Positions 26,263 through 40,003 are shown, counted from the first letter of the stretch. The stretch: 64,000 bases of DNA from Cohaesibacter sp. (GCA_025800105.1 JAOXSG010000593.1:1489-65488); one strand, 5' to 3'. Notes: generated from the letters alone by a model not told the origin. Made by a program: numbers and translations.

Positions 26263-26646
26263 TTATTCGTCATCATTGGATGAAACAGCCACATCCAGCC
26301 CGATATTGGCCATGGAATCTTCATCTTCCTCATCATCAAGGAAGACATCCGCATCATCGCTATTGGAATCATCATCCAGATCCGGCACGTCAATGCTGGA
26401 GGCTTGCTCCGCATCGGCATCGGCATCTTCAAGGGAGATGACTTCGGCATTGGCTTCAACAGCACCTGCTTCCACCTCTACCTCAGGGTTATCATCCTCA
26501 ATCTCCGGTGCCTCGGGGGCAGCAGGTTTGGCAACCTCAAAGATGGTGCCGCATTTGGGGCAGGTGATAGGATCGCGGTTCAGGTCGTAATATTTGGCGT
26601 TACAGTCCGAACAAATCCGCTTGGTGCCAAGTTCTGGTCGTGCCAC
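26263..26646 (-). CDS. TIGR02300/FYDLN-acid family protein
   Basis: ARPELGTKRICSDCNAKYYDLNRDPITCPKCG plus acidic tail; GTG start. Confidence 0.92.
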   Translation of the reverse strand: MARPELGTKRICSDCNAKYYDLNRDPITCPKCGTIFEVAKPAAPEAPEIEDDNPEVEVEAGAVEANAEVISLEDADADAEQASSIDVPDLDDDSNSDDADVFLDDEEDEDSMANIGLDVAVSSNDDE

Positions 26647-26778
26647 AGCTTTGCCTCTTTGCATGGAATCTTGTTTAAAAACTTTGAAGACCTCCATTAG
26701 ACAACCTGAAGCGGCCTGTCAAAAGCAAAAAACGCTCAAATGCTGCAAAAACCCACAATTGTACCGATATCAAGGTGA

Positions 26779-28200
<1,422 letters not shown>

Positions 28201-28213
28201 AAGGAGCCTGAAT

Positions 28214-28858
28214 ATGACGCTCATCATCGCCATAGATGGCCCCGCCGCTTCGGGAAAAGGAACGCTTTGTCGCAAATTGGCAGAGCATTTCAACCTGCCG
28301 CATCTCGATACTGGCCTGACTTTTCGGGCGGTGGCCCATGCTTTGCTACAAGCTGATCTGCCACTTGATGAGGAGGCGCTGGCACAAAAAGCGGCAAACG
28401 AGATTGATTTATCACGCCTCGATAAAGCAGTTCTCTCTGCTCATGACATTGGCGAAGCTGCGTCCAAGGTGGCGGTTATGCCATCTGTCAGGAAAGCCCT
28501 GCTTGACGCCCAAAGAGCATTTGCCAGCCAACCGTCCGGGGCTATTTTGGATGGCCGCGATATTGGCACGGTGGTGTGCCCGGATGCGGATGTGAAAGTG
28601 TTTGTCACAGCTTCGCCTGAGGTGCGGGCGAGGCGGCGCACAGACGAAATTCTGACCAAAGGCCAAGAGGCCAATTTCGATCAAATCCTGCAAGATGTGA
28701 AAAAGCGCGACGAGCGGGACATGAACCGTGCGGATGCACCGCTCAAACCCGCAGAAAATGCCCACTTGCTTGATACATCAAAATTGGATATAGAAGGCGC
28801 ATTCCAACAGGCTGTGAGCTTGGTGGAAAAGGCTCTTGCACAGAGATCTCTTGATTAA
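28214..28858 (+). CDS. cmk: Cytidylate kinase
   Basis: [27 protein letters not shown]. Confidence 0.97.
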   Translation: MTLIIAIDGPAASGKGTLCRKLAEHFNLPHLDTGLTFRAVAHALLQADLPLDEEALAQKAANEIDLSRLDKAVLSAHDIGEAASKVAVMPSVRKALLDAQRAFASQPSGAILDGRDIGTVVCPDADVKVFVTASPEVRARRRTDEILTKGQEANFDQILQDVKKRDERDMNRADAPLKPAENAHLLDTSKLDIEGAFQQAVSLVEKALAQRSLD

Positions 28859-28880
28859 GTGATCAGGCAGATATCTCAAA

Positions 28881-28906
28881 AAAAGGGGCGCGACAGGCGC
28901 CCTTTT
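28881..28906 (+). terminator. Intrinsic terminator-like hairpin after cmk
   Basis: aaaaggggcgc-gacag-gcgccctttt. Confidence 0.6.
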
Positions 28907-29124
28907 GGCGTTTGATATTTGTTTTTGCTGGGCTTTTTCCTGTAACGGTTTGATGGAAACTCAAAATCCATAGCCCTTTCTGGCCGGTTTCGCGCCAGAC
29001 TGTTTTCGCCCCTTTTGGGATGAGAGCAGGGTAGCTTTGATACAAGGCTGCGGCAGGAAAGGCGCGTTTATACACACCAACCCAATTGGCGCGATAGGCC
29101 TGAAATGGCCATTTAGGAGATTTT

Positions 29125-30816
29125 ATGAGCGATCTTAATCCGTCCATGGAAGATTTTGCCGCCCTTCTTGATGAATCCTTCTCTGCGGAAGAGCCGCATG
29201 AGGGTTCCGTTATCAAAGGCACCGTTGTTGGCATTGAAAAAGACATGGCCATCATCGATGTAGGTCTGAAAGTTGAAGGCCGTGTGTCTCTGAAAGAATT
29301 TGGTGCGCAGGCAAAAGACGGTGGTCTTGAGATTGGCTCCGAGGTTGAAGTTTACCTCGAGCGTATCGAAAATGCTTTGGGCGAAGCTGTTCTGTCCCGC
29401 GACAAGGCACGTCGTGAGGAAAGCTGGGGCAAGCTGGAAAAAGCCTTCGAAGCAGAAGAAAAAGTACAGGGCGTTATCTTCAATCAGGTCAAAGGTGGCT
29501 TCACCGTCGATCTGGATGGCGCTGTTGCCTTCCTGCCTCGCTCCCAGGTGGATATCCGCCCAGTGCGCGATGTCACCCCTCTGATGCACACCCCACAGCC
29601 TTTCCAGATCCTGAAAATGGACAAGCGCCGTGGCAACATCGTTGTGTCTCGCCGTGTGATTCTGGAAGAAACCCGTGCAGAGCTGCGCTCTGAGCTGGTC
29701 CAGAACCTCAAAGAAGGCCAGACTGTTGAAGGCATCGTCAAGAACATCACCGATTATGGTGCATTTGTTGACCTTGGCGGCATCGATGGCCTGTTGCATG
29801 TTACCGACATTGCATGGCGTCGTATCAACCACCCAAGCGAAGTGCTGTCCATTGGTCAGTCCGTGAAGGTGCAGATTGTTCGCGTCAATCAGGACACCCA
29901 TCGTATTTCTCTGGGCATGAAGCAGCTTGAGACCGATCCTTGGTCCGAAATCGAGCAGCGCTACCCAGTTGGTTCCAAATTCACCGGTCGCGTGACCAAC
30001 ATCACCGATTATGGTGCATTCCTTGAGCTGGAGCCGGGCATCGAAGGCCTGATCCACGTTTCTGAAATGTCTTGGACCAAGAAAAACGTTCATCCAGGCA
30101 AAATCGTTTCTACCTCTCAGGAAGTAGAAGTGATGATCTTGGAAGTGGATCCGGTAAAACGCCGCGTCTCTCTTGGCCTGAAACAGACCCTCGACAATCC
30201 ATGGTCCGTCTTTGCTGATAGCAACCCGGCTGGCACCATCGTTGAAGGCGAAGTGAAGAACAAGACCGAATTTGGTCTCTTCATTGGTCTGGAAGGCGAA
30301 GTTGATGGCATGGTTCACCTGTCCGATCTGGACTGGAACCGTCCTGGCGAGCAGGTTCTGGAAGAATATAACAAAGGCGATATGGTCAAAGCAGTCATCC
30401 TTGATGTGGATGTTGACAAAGAGCGTATCTCCCTTGGCATCAAGCAGCTGGAAAGCGATCCATTTGAGGATGCATCTGGCGAGCTGAAGCGTGGCGCAAT
30501 TGTCACTTGTGAGATCACCGAAGTGAAAGAAAATGGTCTGGAAGTCAAAGTCACCGACTCTGACCTGACCTCCTTCATTCGCCGTGGCGATCTGGCCCGT
30601 GACCGTGGTGACCAGCGCACTGACCGCTTCCAGGTTGGTGAAAAAGTTGATGCCCGCATCACCCAGTTCGACAAGAAATCTCGCAAGCTGTCTGTGTCCA
30701 TCAAGGCACTGGAAGTGGCAGAAGAGAAAGAAGCCATTGCACAATTCGGGTCTTCCGATGCCGGTGCATCCCTTGGCGATATTCTCGGCGCTGCTTTGAA
30801 AGCCCGCGACGAATAA
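29125..30816 (+). CDS. rpsA: 30S ribosomal protein S1
   Basis: Six S1 repeats (ITDYGAFVDLGGIDGLLHVTD etc.). Confidence 0.98.
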   Translation: MSDLNPSMEDFAALLDESFSAEEPHEGSVIKGTVVGIEKDMAIIDVGLKVEGRVSLKEFGAQAKDGGLEIGSEVEVYLERIENALGEAVLSRDKARREESWGKLEKAFEAEEKVQGVIFNQVKGGFTVDLDGAVAFLPRSQVDIRPVRDVTPLMHTPQPFQILKMDKRRGNIVVSRRVILEETRAELRSELVQNLKEGQTVEGIVKNITDYGAFVDLGGIDGLLHVTDIAWRRINHPSEVLSIGQSVKVQIVRVNQDTHRISLGMKQLETDPWSEIEQRYPVGSKFTGRVTNITDYGAFLELEPGIEGLIHVSEMSWTKKNVHPGKIVSTSQEVEVMILEVDPVKRRVSLGLKQTLDNPWSVFADSNPAGTIVEGEVKNKTEFGLFIGLEGEVDGMVHLSDLDWNRPGEQVLEEYNKGDMVKAVILDVDVDKERISLGIKQLESDPFEDASGELKRGAIVTCEITEVKENGLEVKVTDSDLTSFIRRGDLARDRGDQRTDRFQVGEKVDARITQFDKKSRKLSVSIKALEVAEEKEAIAQFGSSDAGASLGDILGAALKARDE

Positions 30817-30850
30817 GTCGATCTGCAAGGATTGCAAAATCAAAACAAAG

Positions 30851-30880
30851 AAACGCGGCTCATTCGGGCCGCGTTTTTTA
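30851..30880 (+). terminator. Intrinsic terminator after rpsA
   Basis: aaacgcggc-tcattcgg-gccgcgttttt. Confidence 0.85.
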
Positions 30881-31071
30881 TTGCCGTGCGTCGGTAAAGG
30901 CAGAGAAAGATAAAAGATCTTTTTACCAATCTTTGCGACTGTGCTGCACATCATCCGATAGTGTGAGGCGCAAAGGCGCATAATATTTGCTTTTGTGCAT
31001 GAGCCGATGCTATCGATAAAAACAGGCAAGCAAAAATCGCAAATGCCATTTGACGCAATCAGGATAGATAT

Positions 31072-32034
31072 ATGCCCTTTGATGCAGACCAACTCTTAGA
31101 ACGTCGCCGTTTGTCCCGCAAAGTTACTTTCTGGCGTATTGTTGCTGTTGTGCTGGTGCTGACAGGTTTGATTGCATTGGGCTTGTCCTTTGCTCCGGGC
31201 GGAGCAACCTTGTCCAAAAATACCCACCATATCGCACGGATAGAGTTTAGCGGTGTGATTCTGGGAGAGCAGAGAAAGCTGGATCTGATCCGCGAATTGA
31301 AAGACAATGCCAGCGTCAAGGGCGTTGTTGCAGTGATCAACAGCCCGGGCGGAGCAACATCGGGCGGTGAGGCGCTCTATGATGCGCTGGTGGATCTTGG
31401 CAAAACCAAGCCGCTTGTTGCCTCAATTGATTCAATGGCGGCCTCTGCCGGTTATATGATAGCCTTGCCTTCCGAGCGTATTTTCGCGCGCCGCTCGTCC
31501 ATTACCGGCTCAATCGGTGTGTTATTTCAATATACCGATGTGACCAAATTGATGGAAACCGTCGGCGTACAAATGCGCTCGATCAAAAGCTCGCCTTTAA
31601 AGGCCGAGCCAAACCCGTTCTCCCCCTATTCGCCAGAAGCCAATGAAATGATTGCCAGAATGATCGACGATTCCTATCAATGGTTTGTTGATCTGGTGGC
31701 CAAGCATCGCCCCTTTGATCGTACCAAGGCGCTGGAATTGGCCGATGGGCGGGTTGTCACCGGTGGTCAGGCCATTGATTTGAAACTGGTTGACCAGCTT
31801 GGCGGGCCAGAGGCAGCCAAGGATTGGCTTTTGGTCAAGCACAAATTGTCCAAGGATCTGGAGCTGATTGAATGGAAACCAGCCCCACTGCGCAATGATC
31901 TGCCATTCGGTCTGGCCGGTGCTTTTTTGGCAAAATGGCTTCCAGAACCCATAATTGAACTATTTACCATGCAAAAACAGTCTCATAAACTTGACGGACT
32001 GGTTTCAGTTTGGCAGGCTGAAAAAAGCAAATAA
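31072..32034 (+). CDS. sppA: Signal peptide peptidase SppA (S49)
   Basis: INSPGG, AASAGY, TGSIGV, DGRVVTG. Confidence 0.95.
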   Translation: MPFDADQLLERRRLSRKVTFWRIVAVVLVLTGLIALGLSFAPGGATLSKNTHHIARIEFSGVILGEQRKLDLIRELKDNASVKGVVAVINSPGGATSGGEALYDALVDLGKTKPLVASIDSMAASAGYMIALPSERIFARRSSITGSIGVLFQYTDVTKLMETVGVQMRSIKSSPLKAEPNPFSPYSPEANEMIARMIDDSYQWFVDLVAKHRPFDRTKALELADGRVVTGGQAIDLKLVDQLGGPEAAKDWLLVKHKLSKDLELIEWKPAPLRNDLPFGLAGAFLAKWLPEPIIELFTMQKQSHKLDGLVSVWQAEKSK

Positions 32035-32121
32035 TAAGAAGAGATTAAGCCAGCGTCATTTTCATCATGCCGTCAATCACTGGCGGGTCGGGGCAGACGT
32101 TAAGAGAAGGGATACGGACAA

Positions 32122-32415
32122 ATGATCAAGTCCGAGCTTGTTCAGCATATAGCAGAGCAGAATCCGCATTTATATCAAAGGGATGTTGAGCATATTGTGA
32201 ATGCCATCCTTGACGAGATTTCTGATGCGCTGGCACGGGGTGACCGGGTCGAGTTGCGTGGATTTGGAGCTTTTTCGGTGAAAAACCGGCCAGCTCGAAT
32301 CGGTCGCAATCCACGCACCGGCGAGCAAGTCTCCGTTGCCGAGAAGTTTGTGCCTTTCTTTAAAACCGGCAAGGAAATGCGCGAACGTCTCAATGATGGC
32401 GAAGATTTGGAATAA
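32122..32415 (+). CDS. ihfB: Integration host factor beta
   Basis: MIKSEL...[11 protein letters not shown]...GRNPRTG...[12 protein letters not shown]. Confidence 0.97.
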   Translation: MIKSELVQHIAEQNPHLYQRDVEHIVNAILDEISDALARGDRVELRGFGAFSVKNRPARIGRNPRTGEQVSVAEKFVPFFKTGKEMRERLNDGEDLE

Positions 32416-32439
32416 AAGCTACACGAGTATCGGATCATT

Positions 32440-32817
32440 ATGAAAGCTCTCAAGCGCCTGTTCCAGTTTCTGGTTCTGCTTCCCTTTGGCATTGCCTTTG
32501 TGTCATTGGCTGTCGCCAACCGTCATGCCGTGCCATTGGTTCTGGATCCTTTTTCACCGGAAAATCCGGCCTTTTCCATGACGCTTCCTCTCTTTGTGAT
32601 CGTCTTTGCCGCCCTTCTGTCAGGTATCCTGATTGGTGGCGTGATGGCATGGCTCAAACAGGGTCGTCACCGCAAAGCAGCACGCTCCAACCGCTATGAA
32701 GCCAAAAAATGGCGCAATGAGGCCGACCGCCAACAACAGCGCGTTGAAAAGCTCAATGAGCAGGTCAAGACAGCCGGTCCTGCCTTACCAGCCCCGGATA
32801 GCAAAACAGCAGCATAG
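32440..32817 (+). CDS. LapA/DUF1049 family membrane protein
   Basis: AVANRH.V...LDPF, two TM segments, usual position after ihfB. Confidence 0.8.
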   Translation: MKALKRLFQFLVLLPFGIAFVSLAVANRHAVPLVLDPFSPENPAFSMTLPLFVIVFAALLSGILIGGVMAWLKQGRHRKAARSNRYEAKKWRNEADRQQQRVEKLNEQVKTAGPALPAPDSKTAA

Positions 32818-32960
32818 GGCTGCTGTTTCATCCATGATATATCCATGCTGAAAGATGCATGGATGTCAGCTTTGTTGCGCCTGAATATCGTAATAGACGC
32901 GCAAAGCAAGCAAAAGCTGCTGCCTCTAGATCCTATCGACACATTTGGAATGTTTGACCC

Positions 32961-33926
32961 ATGCGCATTTTCTCTGCCGATGATGTCAACACGCTTATGG
33001 ACTATTCAGAGCTGGTTGAGGTTCTGAGAAAGGCGTTTCAGAGCGATATTATCACCCCATTGCGCCACAATCATACCATTGAATTGCCCGATCAGGCCAA
33101 TGCCTCTTTGTTGCTAATGCCTGCATGGCATAATGCAATGGCCAAAGGTCACTCCAATGGCACCTATGTCGGCATTAAGATGGTCTCTGTTTACCCCGAT
33201 AACGAAGCCAAAGCCCATAAGCCCTCCATTTTGGGCTCCTATTTATTGCTGGATGGGGCGACGGGAGAGATAAAGGCAATCATTGATGGCCCTGCAATCT
33301 CGATCTGGCGAACGGCCTGTGCCTCTGCCCTTGCGGCCAGTTATTTGGCAAAGCTGGATGCGCAGGAAATCCTGATGGTGGGAACTGGCGCACTGGCAGA
33401 ACCCTTGATCCGCGCTCATATGGCTGTGCGTCCTTTAAAGCAAATTGCCATTTGGGGCCGTAATCCGCAAAAAGCACAAAAGCTGGCAGATAGGCTGCAA
33501 CAACAAGGCTTAAAGGCGCGGGTTGCCGAGCAACTGGAAGATGCCGCGCGCTCTGCGGACATCATTTCCTGCGCCACCATGGCTAGCAGCCCGCTTGTCA
33601 TGGGCAAATGGCTGAAACCCGGATCTCATCTGGATCTGGTGGGAGCCTTCCGTCCTGATATGCGCGAAAGCGATGATGAAGCGGTGCAGATTGCATCGGT
33701 TTTTTGTGACACACTGCAAGGTGCCACCAACGAAGGGGGCGACATTGTCCAGCCTTTGGCAAATGGAGCCTTGACTCTTGACCAGATCAAGGGTGATCTG
33801 TTTGATCTATGCAGGGGGAGCAGGATCGGGCGCGCAAGCGACGATGAAATCACCCTGTTTAAAAGCGTCGGAACAGCCATTGAAGATCTGGCCGCCGCAC
33901 AATATCTGTATGAATTGAACCAGTAG
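32961..33926 (+). CDS. Ornithine cyclodeaminase/mu-crystallin family protein
   Basis: LLLMPAW, RTACASALA, ADIISCAT, ITLFKSVG.AIEDLAAA. Confidence 0.92.
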   Translation: MRIFSADDVNTLMDYSELVEVLRKAFQSDIITPLRHNHTIELPDQANASLLLMPAWHNAMAKGHSNGTYVGIKMVSVYPDNEAKAHKPSILGSYLLLDGATGEIKAIIDGPAISIWRTACASALAASYLAKLDAQEILMVGTGALAEPLIRAHMAVRPLKQIAIWGRNPQKAQKLADRLQQQGLKARVAEQLEDAARSADIISCATMASSPLVMGKWLKPGSHLDLVGAFRPDMRESDDEAVQIASVFCDTLQGATNEGGDIVQPLANGALTLDQIKGDLFDLCRGSRIGRASDDEITLFKSVGTAIEDLAAAQYLYELNQ

Positions 33927-33937
33927 CAAAGGGAGGT

Positions 33938-34600
33938 ATGGCGGATATGTATGTAAAAATTTGCGGTCTGTCGACGCCCGAGACCATTGCAACCGGCCTT
34001 GCAAATGGGGCCAACTGGATCGGTTTTGTTTTTTTTCCAAAAAGCCCGAGGCATGTGAGTTATGGGAAAGCGAAGGACCTGGTGGGTCCGATACGCGGGA
34101 AAGCGTCCATAGTCGCTCTCACAGTCAATGCAACTGATGAAGAGCTCAAAGCAATTGATGACGCCATCAATCCCGATATCTGGCAATTGCATGGCAGCGA
34201 GACCCCTGAGCGTGTGGCGCAAATCCGCCAAGATTATGCGCGCCCGGTCATGAAGGCTTTGCCAATCCGCGATGAAGCCGATCTGGCCCTAATCGCGGAG
34301 TATGAAGCTGTCTGTGATATGTTGTTATTTGATGCCAAACCCCCGGCAGATATGAAAACCGATCTGCCCGGCGGCAATGGCATCAGCTTTGATTGGCGTT
34401 TGATTCAAAATCTCAAGCTCAAAAAACCGCTCATTCTCTCAGGCGGCTTGACCCCGGACAATGTGGCGAAAGCCATCGCTCTGACCAACCCACAAGGGGT
34501 GGATGTGTCATCAGGCATTGAAACGGCACCCGGCATCAAGGATCGGGATAAAATCATTCAATTCATTCGCGCTGCAAAGGAAACGGCATCGAGCATGTAA
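33938..34600 (+). CDS. trpF: Phosphoribosylanthranilate isomerase
   Basis: [28 protein letters not shown]. Confidence 0.96.
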   Translation: MADMYVKICGLSTPETIATGLANGANWIGFVFFPKSPRHVSYGKAKDLVGPIRGKASIVALTVNATDEELKAIDDAINPDIWQLHGSETPERVAQIRQDYARPVMKALPIRDEADLALIAEYEAVCDMLLFDAKPPADMKTDLPGGNGISFDWRLIQNLKLKKPLILSGGLTPDNVAKAIALTNPQGVDVSSGIETAPGIKDRDKIIQFIRAAKETASSM

Positions 34601-34664
34601 AGGCCGTAAAGACGGCATGGCTCGCCCATTTTCCATGCGCGCCCAACGCATAAAGGAATGCGTT

Positions 34665-35912
34665 ATGACGACCCAATCACAGGATAGCAAAACCCTTGTT
34701 GCTCCCAATTCTTTGGCCGCAGGGCCAGATGATCGCGGATTTTTTGGCATTTATGGCGGACAATTTGTCTCTGAAACCCTGATGCCGCTCATTCTCGATC
34801 TCAATGACGCCTATGAAGAGGCCAAGAAGGATCCCGCCTTTCATGATGAATTGGCCTATCTGCACAAACATTATGTGGGCCGCGAAAGCCCGCTCTATTT
34901 TGCCGAACGCCTGACCGAAGAGCTGGGCGGTGCGAAAATCTATTTCAAGCGCGATGAGCTGAACCATACCGGCAGCCACAAAATCAACAATTGCCTTGGC
35001 CAGATCCTGCTGGCAAAACGCATGGGCAAGACCCGCATCATTGCCGAAACCGGCGCAGGCCAGCATGGCGTTGCCACAGCAACAGTCTGCGCTCGCTTTG
35101 GTTTCCCCTGCGAGGTCTATATGGGCGCGACAGATGTCGAACGGCAGGCTCCCAATGTCTTTCGCATGAAATTGCTGGGCGGCAATGTCAATCCGGTCAC
35201 CGCTGGCGCAGGGACGCTTAAGGATGCGATGAACGAAGCCTTGCGCGATTGGGTGACCAATGTCGACAATACCTATTACATCATCGGCACAGCAGCAGGG
35301 CCTCACCCTTATCCGGCCATGGTGCGTGACTTCCAGTCCATCATCGGGCGCGAAGTCAAGAGCCAGATGATGGAAGCAGAAGGCCGCCTGCCTGATATGC
35401 TGGTCGCCTGTCTGGGTGGTGGCTCCAACGCCATTGGCCTGTTCCATCCATTTTTGGAAGATGAGAGCGTTAAGATCATTGGGGTAGAAGCCGCAGGCAA
35501 AGGGCTGGATACAGAAGAGCATTGCGCCTCGCTCAATGCCGGAAAGCCCGGCGTGCTGCATGGCAACCGCACCTATCTGTTGCAAGATGAGGATGGCCAG
35601 ATTTTGGAAGGTCATTCCATTTCCGCCGGGCTGGATTATCCCGGTATTGGGCCGGAACATTCTTACTTGCGGGACAGTGGACGGGTTGAATATGTCTCGG
35701 CTGGCGATCAGGAAGCACTGGAAGCCTTCCAGCTTCTATGCCGCACAGAGGGCATCATTCCCGCTTTGGAACCGTCTCATGCGCTGGCTCACGTCATGAA
35801 AATTGCCCCAACCATGGACAAAGACCAAATCATCGTCATGAATCTCTGTGGCCGTGGTGACAAGGATGTCTTTACCGTTGGTGGGCATCTGGGCGTGAAT
35901 TTGACCGAATAA
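34665..35912 (+). CDS. trpB: Tryptophan synthase beta
   Basis: [35 protein letters not shown]; AAGGA before ATG 34665. Confidence 0.98.
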   Translation: MTTQSQDSKTLVAPNSLAAGPDDRGFFGIYGGQFVSETLMPLILDLNDAYEEAKKDPAFHDELAYLHKHYVGRESPLYFAERLTEELGGAKIYFKRDELNHTGSHKINNCLGQILLAKRMGKTRIIAETGAGQHGVATATVCARFGFPCEVYMGATDVERQAPNVFRMKLLGGNVNPVTAGAGTLKDAMNEALRDWVTNVDNTYYIIGTAAGPHPYPAMVRDFQSIIGREVKSQMMEAEGRLPDMLVACLGGGSNAIGLFHPFLEDESVKIIGVEAAGKGLDTEEHCASLNAGKPGVLHGNRTYLLQDEDGQILEGHSISAGLDYPGIGPEHSYLRDSGRVEYVSAGDQEALEAFQLLCRTEGIIPALEPSHALAHVMKIAPTMDKDQIIVMNLCGRGDKDVFTVGGHLGVNLTE

Positions 35913-35934
35913 CAGCAGCAAGTGAGACAAAGCA

Positions 35935-36765
35935 ATGGAAACAACACGCATTGATAGCCGCTTTGCTGCCTGCAAAGCCGAAAATCGCCCGGCTCTGGTC
36001 ACCTTCATCACAGCCGGTGACCCGGATCTGGAGACATCTCTTGCCATTCTCAAAGCCATGCCAAAGGCAGGGGCCGATGTGATTGAGCTTGGCATGCCTT
36101 TCTCCGATCCCATGGCAGAAGGGGTGCCCATTCAGCTGGCAACCCAGCGGGCTTTGGCCGCCGGCCAGACCATGCAAAAAACACTGGATATGGTCCGCGC
36201 CTTCAGACAGGACGACAATGAAACTCCGCTCATCCTGATGGGCTATTACAATCCGATTTATAGCTGGGGGGTCGATGATTTCGTCAAAGAGGCAAAAGAG
36301 GCAGGCGTTGATGGTTTGATTGTAGTGGATTTACCACCCGAACATGACGATGAATTATGCCTGCCAGCCCGTGATCAAGGCCTCAATTTCATTCGCTTGG
36401 CAACCCCAACCACCAAAGGCAAACGGCTGGATCAAGTGCTTAAAAACACCTCCGGCTTTGTCTATTATGTCTCGGTCACTGGCGTGACGGGTTCAGCTGC
36501 ATTGAATGCCGATGCCGTAGCCGATGCTGTGAGCACAATCAAGGATCATACCGATCTGCCCGTGGCGGTCGGCTTTGGGGTCAAGACGCCGGAACAGGCC
36601 AAAGCCATCGGAAAAAATGCCGATGGTGTGGTGGTCGGCTCTGTGCTGGTCAATGCTATCCGCGATAGTTTGGATGAAGAGGGCAAGGCAAGCGAGCGCA
36701 CCATCACAGCGGTGACCAGCATCATTGAAGGTCTGGCAGAAGGCGCAAAAGCCGCCAAAGCCTAA
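35935..36765 (+). CDS. trpA: Tryptophan synthase alpha
   Basis: [31 protein letters not shown]. Confidence 0.97.
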   Translation: METTRIDSRFAACKAENRPALVTFITAGDPDLETSLAILKAMPKAGADVIELGMPFSDPMAEGVPIQLATQRALAAGQTMQKTLDMVRAFRQDDNETPLILMGYYNPIYSWGVDDFVKEAKEAGVDGLIVVDLPPEHDDELCLPARDQGLNFIRLATPTTKGKRLDQVLKNTSGFVYYVSVTGVTGSAALNADAVADAVSTIKDHTDLPVAVGFGVKTPEQAKAIGKNADGVVVGSVLVNAIRDSLDEEGKASERTITAVTSIIEGLAEGAKAAKA

Positions 36766-36949
36766 CAAAAAGGGAAAAATAAGGCCAAAAGAACACTTTT
36801 GGCCTCCCCATCACCACAATTGAATGCTAAAGCATTGCCCAAATGTCGTATAGGCTCGCAAACGAAAGCGGGCCTTTCGGCTTGCTGAACATTGCAAATA
36901 CCTGATCAGTCCCATGGGGTCAGAACAGGTCAGTCTCAGGAATTGGCTC

Positions 36950-37936
36950 GTGAACTGGATTAACACTGTCGTCAGACCGAAAATTCGCTCTATTCTCTCC
37001 CGTCGTGACACACCGGAAAATCTCTGGATCAAATGTCCCGTAACCGGGGAAATGGTGTTTCATCGTGATCTGGAGGCCAACCAGTTTGTGGTGCCAAATT
37101 CAGACTTTCATATGCGCATCAATGGCAATCAGCGCCTGACCTTCTTCTTTGATGAAGGGGAGTTTGATCTGATCGATCTGCCAGAAGCAGCCTCTGATCC
37201 TTTGAAATTCAAAGACACCAAACGCTATGTGGATCGCGTCAAAGATGCCCGCGCCAAAACAGGGCGCAAAGACAGCGTGCTGGTGGCAACCGGCACCATT
37301 GAAGGCTTGAAAGTCACCGCAGCGGTGCAGGATTTTACCTTCCTTGGCGGATCGCTGGGCATGGCAGCAGGCGAAGCCCTGATCACGGGCATGATGAAAG
37401 CGGTGGAAGACGAAACCCCTTTCATCCTGTTTGCAGCATCAGGCGGGGCGCGCATGCAAGAGGGCATCCTGTCCTTGATGCAAATGCCGCGCGTCACAGT
37501 CGCTGTGCAAGCTCTGCGCGACGCGGGCCTTCCCTATATTGTTGTTTTGACAGACCCAACCACCGGCGGCGTCACAGCCTCTTATGCCATGTTGGGTGAT
37601 ATCCAGTTGGCTGAACCGGGAGCTTTGATCGGCTTTGCCGGTCAGCGCGTGATCGAGCAAACCATCCGCGAAAAATTGCCCGAAGGCTTCCAGCGTGCAG
37701 AATATCTCAAAGAGCATGGCATGGTGGATATGGTGGTCCATCGCCATGATATGAAATCGACAATCGCCCGTCTTTGCCGCTTCTTCACCCATCAGGACCG
37801 CCCAGAAGGTGTACTGGCCGAAGAAGTTGAGGCAGAAGAGACAAATCCGGCAGCATCCGAAGCAGAGCAGGCGCTAGAGGCGGAACAAGCCCTCTCAGCT
37901 CAAGAGAGCGCAAGCACAGAGAGCAAAACCGACTGA
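36950..37936 (+). CDS. accD: Acetyl-CoA carboxylase carboxyltransferase beta
   Basis: [40 protein letters not shown]; GTG start. Confidence 0.97.
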   Translation: MNWINTVVRPKIRSILSRRDTPENLWIKCPVTGEMVFHRDLEANQFVVPNSDFHMRINGNQRLTFFFDEGEFDLIDLPEAASDPLKFKDTKRYVDRVKDARAKTGRKDSVLVATGTIEGLKVTAAVQDFTFLGGSLGMAAGEALITGMMKAVEDETPFILFAASGGARMQEGILSLMQMPRVTVAVQALRDAGLPYIVVLTDPTTGGVTASYAMLGDIQLAEPGALIGFAGQRVIEQTIREKLPEGFQRAEYLKEHGMVDMVVHRHDMKSTIARLCRFFTHQDRPEGVLAEEVEAEETNPAASEAEQALEAEQALSAQESASTESKTD

Positions 37937-38133
37937 ATATGTCGCAATCTTGCAATTTTATGCCTCAGGAATAGAATTTCTGGGGCATTTTTTATGCTAA
38001 CCTATCCAGCAAAAATAGGATCAGACTGCCATCTTTTGAGAGAGCCAAAGAAAAGAGCGACCCATTAAGACAAGCAGCCGCGTCAAAACAAAAGGATAGG
38101 GCAGGACCAATCCGCAGTCTCTATTGTCCCCCG

Positions 38134-39453
38134 ATGCAAGAAATCAACGATTTATTGGCCCGTATGAGCAGCTTTCATCCCAACGAGATTGATTTGGGTT
38201 TGGACCGCATGCTCGGCCTGCTGGAAAAATTGGGCAATCCCCATCTCTCCTTGCCCCCTGTCATTCATGTGGCAGGCACCAATGGCAAAGGCTCGACAAC
38301 CGCCTTCATGCGCGCCATGCTTGAAGCCCAGGGCTTGAAAGTCCATGTCTATACCTCGCCCCATCTGGTCGAATTTCGCGAACGCATTCGGCTTGCAGGC
38401 AGGCTTGTGACATCAGAGCGTCTACTGGAGGCTTTGACATTATGTGATGAGGCCAATGAGAATGGCGAGGTCACTTTTTTCGAAATCACCACTGCCGCCG
38501 CTTTTTGGCTCTTTAGCCAGACCCCGGCAGATATTGTCCTTCTGGAAGTGGGGCTGGGTGGCCGTCTGGATGCAACCAATGTCATCGAACAACCGGCCGC
38601 GACCCTGATCACGCCGATTGCCCGCGATCATGAAGAATTTCTTGGCTCGGAACTGGCAGACATTGCCCGTGAAAAGGCCGGTATTCTAAAGGCGGGCGCT
38701 TCGGTTGTTATCGGCCCACAAGCCGATGGCTTGCGCGATGTCTTGGAAGAGCAGGCCAGACTAAAGAAAACCGGCCCTGTTCATATTCAGGCTCAGGACT
38801 GGATGAGTTACGAAGAGCATGGCCGCCTCATCTATCAGGATGAAAATGGGTTGCTGGATTTGCCTTTGCCCCGTCTTCTGGGCAGTCATCAACTCTCCAA
38901 TGCCGGTATGGCCATCGCCGCCCTGAAAATTCTGGTCCAAAAAGGCGTGATAGAGCTGTCAGATGACGCCATTGCCAGAGGCCTGCAACAGGTAAAATGG
39001 CCCGCGCGCCTGCAACAACTCACCTCTGGCCCCTTGTTTGGCCTTGCGCCAAAAGGCGCAGAATTATGGTTGGATGGTGGTCACAATCCCAATGCCGGGC
39101 AAATGCTGGCCGCCGCTTTGGCCGATCTGGAAGAAAGAGCGCCGCGGCCTTTGCATATGATTGTCGGAATGCTCAAAACCAAAGACCCTTCAGGCTATTT
39201 CAAAGCCTTCAAAGGTCTGGCGCGTGATGTCATCACCATCCCCGTGGAAAGTCAGGCCAATGGGGAAGATCCGGTTCTTTTGGCCAAAATGGCCGTTGAT
39301 GCTGGTGTTCCGGCTTCTGCTGCAAGCTCTGTCTCGCAAGCTTTGCAAAAACTGGCTCTTATCCCGCGCGATACCCCACCACGCATTCTGATCGGCGGCT
39401 CTCTTTATCTCGCAGGCGAGGTCTTAAAAGCCAATGAGGATGTGCTGGATTAA
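38134..39453 (+). CDS. folC: Folylpolyglutamate/dihydrofolate synthase
   Basis: HVAGTNGKGST, YTSPHL, EVGLGGRLDATN, LDGGHN, GSLYLAG. Confidence 0.97.
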   Translation: MQEINDLLARMSSFHPNEIDLGLDRMLGLLEKLGNPHLSLPPVIHVAGTNGKGSTTAFMRAMLEAQGLKVHVYTSPHLVEFRERIRLAGRLVTSERLLEALTLCDEANENGEVTFFEITTAAAFWLFSQTPADIVLLEVGLGGRLDATNVIEQPAATLITPIARDHEEFLGSELADIAREKAGILKAGASVVIGPQADGLRDVLEEQARLKKTGPVHIQAQDWMSYEEHGRLIYQDENGLLDLPLPRLLGSHQLSNAGMAIAALKILVQKGVIELSDDAIARGLQQVKWPARLQQLTSGPLFGLAPKGAELWLDGGHNPNAGQMLAAALADLEERAPRPLHMIVGMLKTKDPSGYFKAFKGLARDVITIPVESQANGEDPVLLAKMAVDAGVPASAASSVSQALQKLALIPRDTPPRILIGGSLYLAGEVLKANEDVLD

Positions 39454-39488
39454 GACGATCCCTGCTTGATAGATAAAAGAGACGCATC

Positions 39489-39524
39489 AAAAAAGCCCGG
39501 CTGATGACATCAACCGGGCTTTTT
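39489..39524. terminator. Bidirectional terminator between folC and trxA
   Basis: aaaaaagcccgg...ccgggcttttt. Confidence 0.85.
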
Positions 39525-39543
39525 GCAACAGAAAACAAACGGC

Positions 39544-39861
39544 TTATTTGCCAGTTTCAATCCATTTGATCAAATCTGCCTTTGGTGCGGCACCCACTTT
39601 CATGGCAACAGCCTCACCACCCTTGAACAACAGCAAGGTTGGGATAGAACGCACACCAAACTGCGCGGCAGTGTTTGGGTTTTCGTCCACATTGACTTTG
39701 ACAATTTTGACATTGCCAGCTTTTTCGCCGTCAATTTCGTCCAGAATAGGCGCAATCATTTTACATGGGCCACACCATTCTGCCCAAAAATCGACAACAA
39801 CAGGAACATCACCCTGAATTTCGTCTGCAAAATTTGTGTCAGTCGCATTCACAACAGCCAT
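39544..39861 (-). CDS. trxA: Thioredoxin
   Basis: WAEWCGPCK. Confidence 0.97.
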   Translation of the reverse strand: MAVVNATDTNFADEIQGDVPVVVDFWAEWCGPCKMIAPILDEIDGEKAGNVKIVKVNVDENPNTAAQFGVRSIPTLLLFKGGEAVAMKVGAAPKADLIKWIETGK

Positions 39862-40003
39862 ATCAAGCCTCATTCGGTTCGTCTCACCTCATCCTGATAG
39901 CGATAAGGCGGGGGAAAAGATATCTATATTCAGTGATATATGAATATAGCGTCGTTGTCTTGAAAGTAGGTATTCCGCCCGCATCCGTCAAGATGGGCGG
40001 CTG

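Noticed and set aside
29113-31092. 659-aa antisense ORF over rpsA
   Set aside because: Typical shadow of a highly codon-biased gene; no protein-like motifs
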